Shown here: in pieces, positions 58,415-64,000 of the stretch
How positions within the stretch are numbered: position 1 is the stretch's first letter
Layout of the letters: each line of letters begins with the position of its first letter
DNA from: the human T2T-CHM13v2.0 reference genome, Homo sapiens
Assembly: GCF_009914755.1 (NCBI RefSeq)
Contig: NC_060930.1
Reading direction: 5' to 3' (one strand)
DNA length: 64,000 nt
Notes under the pieces: model-generated
Told to the model about the DNA's origin: nothing
Seen by the model: only the letters and a program-made list of their open reading frames with translations
Databases searched by the model: none
Made by a program: the position numbers and the translations under genes

Positions 58415-58850
58415 GCATGAGCTTCCTAGGACTTCTCTGCAACAAATAACAACAAACATAGTGGCATAAAACAATAGAAATTTGTTCTCTTAAGGTTCTG
58501 GAGGCTAGAAGTCCTAAATCAAGTAAACTCATGCTTCAAAGTCTCTGGCAGAGAATCCTTTCCTGACCCTTCTGGGTTCTGGTGGCTCCAGGTATTCCTT
58601 GGCTTGTGGCTGCATCACTCCAATCTGCCTCTGTGGTCACACTGCCTCCTTCTCTTCTGTCTGTATCTTCTCTCATAAAACAACACTTGTCATTGGATTT
58701 GAGACCCAGCCAAGCAGTCCAAGATGATCTCATCTCAAAATCTTTAACTTAATATCTGTTAAAGATCCTTTTTCTGAATAACATAACATCCACAGGTTCC
58801 AGGGATTTTAATGTAGACAAATATTTTTGGGGGCCACAATTAAGCATATC
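58415..58850 (-). mobile_element. MLT1C-like LTR
   Basis: ggttctggaggctagaagtcc...ccttggcttgtggctgcatcactccaatctgcctctgtggtcacact. Confidence 0.78.
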
Positions 58851-58911
58851 CATTTGTAGATTTTGAATTTGTGCCATGCAGAAATTTATGGCAATAGAAA
58901 GGAAGAAATGA

Positions 58912-59179
<268 letters not shown>

Positions 59180-60489
59180 TGATCCACCCACCTCAGCCTC
59201 CCAAAGTGTTGGGATTACAGGTGTAAGCCACCGCACCCAGTGGAAGGAAGATTTCTATGTGACTGAACAGAGACTAAGATTTCTACTTTTCTGTTTCCTG
59301 TTCAACCAAATTTTGTCCTTCCCTTAGGATCTGACTTTGAACCACCTTTTCCCTCCAGTTTTGATTTACTGGTGAAACCATGTTATAGGAAACAAAAATG
59401 GAACTCTCATCCCATGTGGTTGGAAGTGTAAAGTAGTATGACCACTTTGAAAAACAGTTGGGCAGTATTTTGCAAAGTTGAACTTATGCATACACTCCAG
59501 ACCACCAATTCCACTTCCATGTCAACAACCTAGAGAAATCTTTCTAGTTGTTCACTTATGCAGAAGACACACATAAGAAAGTTTGTAGCAGCAGAGTTCA
59601 TAGTGGCACAGAATGTGAAACAACCAAATGTCCATCAGTAGTAGCATAGATAAAATATGGTATTATAAAATGGACTATTACAACAGTGAAAATTAGTGAA
59701 CTGTAGCTGTACTCATCAACATAGGTAAATATCAAAATCATACTATTGTCTAAAAGAAGCAGGCAACAGAAGAATAGATGTATACAATATTATGTTACTT
59801 AAGGTTACAAACATAGGTAGAAAATATAAAAACAAGGGAATTATTAATACAAAATTCTGCAGAGTGGTTACATCTGAAAGAGAGAGAAAAGGGGAATGCC
59901 CATAGGAAGGGACCCCTAAGAGGCTTCTAAGGTATTGGTAATATCCTGTTTTATAGCATGGGGAGTGGGTACACGAATGCAAATGTTATTAATCAAACTG
60001 TGCATATTAATTTTATACATTCTCTTGTGTGTATGATATATTTAGCGTCCCATGAAAAAATTCTACTATAGGTGAGGATGTGGAGCAATGTAAACTCACA
60101 CTCATTGCTGTGAGGATAAGTTGGAAAAGCCATTTTGGAGAACATTTTGCAACATTTAGTAAAGTGGAAGTTGTACATGTTCTGTGATTTAGCAACGCCT
60201 TTCCTAGATATTCCTAGGTACTGTACCTTAAAGCAGTGCTTTTCAAACATGCTGATCACGACCTCTTATTGAGAAGTACATTTTACATCACAACCAAGTA
60301 TCTCTCTCAGGCGTGCGTGTGCACGCACACACACACGTGTATGTATGTGTAAGTGTAAAAAAGCTGGGAAAAATTTTTGCTAAACAATGCCCATATTACA
60401 TGCAACACATTCTGATCTTTTCTATTTCTGTCTATTCTATTTCATTAAAGGTCCCAACCTTTAAGTTTACTTTAACTCACTAGTAGTTG

Positions 60490-60972
60490 ATGCTATGGAG
60501 TGTTTGTGTCCTCTCAAAATTGGATTTAGACACATATGTTGAAATTAATCACCAATATGATGGTATTACGCGGTAAGGTATTTGGGAGGTGATGAAGGTA
60601 GATTACTGCCCTTTTAAGAGGGGCTCCAAAGAGCTGCCTGACCCTTTCCACCATGTGGGGACACAGCCAGCAGGTGTTATCTATGAACCAGGAAATGGGC
60701 CCTCACCAGAGACCAAATCTGCTGGCATCTTGATCTTGTACTTCCTAGCCTCCAGAACTGTGAGAAATAAATGTCTGCTGTTTACAAGCTACCCAATCTA
60801 TGATATTTTGTTTTTTATTTTTTCATGTCAGACAGGTAATGTGCCGACAGGAAACAAGGTTTGAGGGAGGCACATCTCACATATGGGAATGAACACCCAC
60901 TCATCTTGCTTACAAACTGCAAAAGGACTGACCTATGATATTTTGTTATAGCAGCCTGAATGGACTAAGACA
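60490..60972 (+). mobile_element. MLT1A-like LTR hosting the U13 retrocopy
   Basis: tgctatggagtgtttgtgtcc...cctccagaactgtgagaaataaa...ttatagcagcctgaatggactaagaca. Confidence 0.8.
60813..60932 (-). pseudogene. U13 (SNORD13) snoRNA processed retrocopy
   Basis: Minus strand tccttttgcagtttgtaagcaagatgagtgggtgttcattcccatatgtgagatgtgcctccctcaaaccttgtttcctgtcggcacattacctgtctgac plus A tail matches recalled U13 along its length; 15-bp TSD ctatgatattttgtt at 60798-60812 and 60933-60947. Confidence 0.9.
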
Positions 60973-61433
60973 GTTGAGAAACTATAATTTGAAAAAAACT
61001 GCACTAGAGAAAAATTTCCATGAGATAATGTATAAAGAATGTTGAATGAGCAATGCTCAAAATAAAAATAACAGGAAATGAGAATTGAGGAATATTCACA
61101 TAAGGGAACGATATATTGCAGTTAAGATGAGTAAACTAGAGCTCAATGTATTAACAGAATGTTGAGTGAAAAAGCCAGTTGCTGAAGCATATGTACAGTA
61201 TGATGTTATTTATAAAGTTTCAAAACATGAAAAACATGTTGTTTATGGATACACACATATGTAATAAAACTCTAAAACATGCATGGGAATGCTGAACATG
61301 TAACTCAGGATCGTGGTTTCCACTGGAGAGACGGAGGGGAATGAGATCAGAGAGGAACAAAATGGAACTTTAATTATATTTTAAGATTTTTTGTTTATTA
61401 ATCTTTTTCTTATTTGTTCTTTATTATTTATTG

Positions 61434-62068
<635 letters not shown>

Positions 62069-62074
62069 GTTGAC

Positions 62075-62211
62075 ATACATACATACATGTATACATACAT
62101 AACATACATATACATGTATGCATATATATATGCACACACACATGCATATATATGTCAACATGTATATGTTGTGAGGGGTGTGAGGGGTGTGTGTGTGCAC
62201 GTGTACGTGTA

Positions 62212-62248
<37 letters not shown>
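62075..62248. repeat. Compound (CATA)/(TG)/(TA) microsatellite adjoining an Alu tail
   Basis: Directly visible. Confidence 0.9.
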
Positions 62249-62265
<17 letters not shown>

Positions 62266-62413
62266 TTGACAGGGTCTCACTCTGTCACCCAGGCTGGAGT
62301 GCAATGGCACAATCTCGGCTCCCTGCAACCCCCGCCTCCTGGGCTCAAGTGATCCTCCCACCTCAGCCTCTGAGTAGCTGGGACCACAGGTGTGTGCCAC
62401 CACACTCCACTAA

Positions 62414-62671
<258 letters not shown>

Positions 62672-63714
62672 TGACAAAACCCATATATTCTTATTGAAAT
62701 CATGCAAAGATATTTTATATTCTACCTTTTCCCTGCTGTACATTTCATACACCTTTTTGATGTGCTATGTAGCATTCAAATTTGCCCTCTTTAATGGTAT
62801 AACATGGTTCAAGTTTATAAACTGCACACCATAATTTACATAACTTCTTCTCATGTTTAAATCTTCATATTCTTTTCATTTTCCCCTGTTTATTATTGGT
62901 TGCAAGGCAAAGAATATCTTTGTACACAGAGATTTCCCCCTTTCTTCTTGCCAGGTATGGTGACTTCTTTTCTTAGAATAAATTCTTAGGAATGAAATAC
63001 CTAGTTTTCCCTTCACCCCCCAAATTCTAAAAACTTTCTCTTCCTCTCTTTATTCCTATAACCTCTTACTTTTTCAGTCTTTTTGCTTATCCCCTTGCCT
63101 TCTCTAATATAACTGATCTCTGCCATTGGCTCTAACAGTGGTTGTTTAGATACTATAAAGCTCTCTTGCTGTTAAATCCCAGCTTGACCTCACTATCTCT
63201 TAGGTGGCCCAACATTGCACAGTGCATTGTGAGGGCTGCTTCTTGCTCTCATTTCTTAACCCTTCCCCTCATCACAGTGTCTACTTCCTTCCTTCCACTC
63301 CACTCCTTCACTAAGGTTAAAGTCTGCCAGGGATCTCTCTGTAAGTCCAAAGGCTTTTTTCTCTATTTTTATCTTCCCATTGGAGCTCCTGTCCTGAAGT
63401 GACTTTCCTCCTATAGTTCTTCAGGCCTTTCTCTTTCCTTTTCTCTCCCTACTCAAGGATTATCTCTTTCATAAAACTTTCTCTAAGGGTTGGGATATGC
63501 CTACCTCTTTTGAGTCCACAGTCAACCCAGGCATATCTCATCCCTTAACTATACTTTGCCACATTTTAAGTTGTTTAACCCTCTTTTGAATGAAGATGAA
63601 GTTGAGGGGGGGAAAGTAAAAACTTGCAGAAGCCTCTACTTACAGTTTCAAAATAAACTCTTGAGATAAAGTAAACAATCACAGGCCATACTGTATTAGT
63701 AACAGAAGATCTAT

Positions 63715-63870
63715 AAAGTGAGGTCCATGGATCAGCAGCATCAGTGTCACCTGGGAGCTTGTTAGAAATTCTGAGTTGTAGGCTCCACCTCAGACCTCCT
63801 GAATCAGAATCTAGGTTTTTAATATAATCCTCAGTGATTCACATGTGCAATATAGTATAGGAAGCACTGG
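63715..63870. mobile_element. MER5A
   Basis: cagcagcatcagtgtcacctgggagcttgttagaaat...cagacctcctgaatcagaatct. Confidence 0.85.
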
Positions 63871-64000
63871 TCTAGTGGACCAGTGAATGTCTGCCAAGAA
63901 GGACCTCCATCAGAAGGCCTCTAAGGACCCCTTGGGAACCTCAAACCAATGATTTACACCTCTTGCTGGGCAAGGGTGGCTGCCATACCTATCAGCCCTT

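Overview
Primate (very likely human) genomic DNA, extremely Alu-rich, with L1, L2, ERV1/MaLR LTRs and DNA-transposon fossils. The only credible protein-coding sequence is a minus-strand tandem pair of paralogous four-TM proteins: TMEM217 (main coding exon 28059-28674) and TMEM217B (single-exon ORF 22112-22624). From recall, not visible here, this is the 6p21.2 interval between PIM1 and TBC1D22B; 28.7-64 kb looks like a long first intron with the promoter exon outside the window. Most interesting: the TMEM217 frame runs into an Alu whose in-frame TAA has become GAA and which gained a GT donor. Splicing that donor to the TMEM217B acceptor gives a 211-aa TMEM217 whose TGA overlaps the TMEM217B ATG (AUGA), i.e. 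a candidate bicistronic, translationally coupled mRNA. Splicing instead to an L2-derived exon gives the 229-aa form. An identical, same-phase donor 10-mer just beyond the Alu may be the pre-insertion donor. Also present: an L1PA with an apparent 3' transduction in a four-level nest, MER52 and LTR8 solo LTRs with TSDs, and a U13 snoRNA retrocopy. Repeat subfamily calls are by eye and boundaries are approximate unless TSDs are given.
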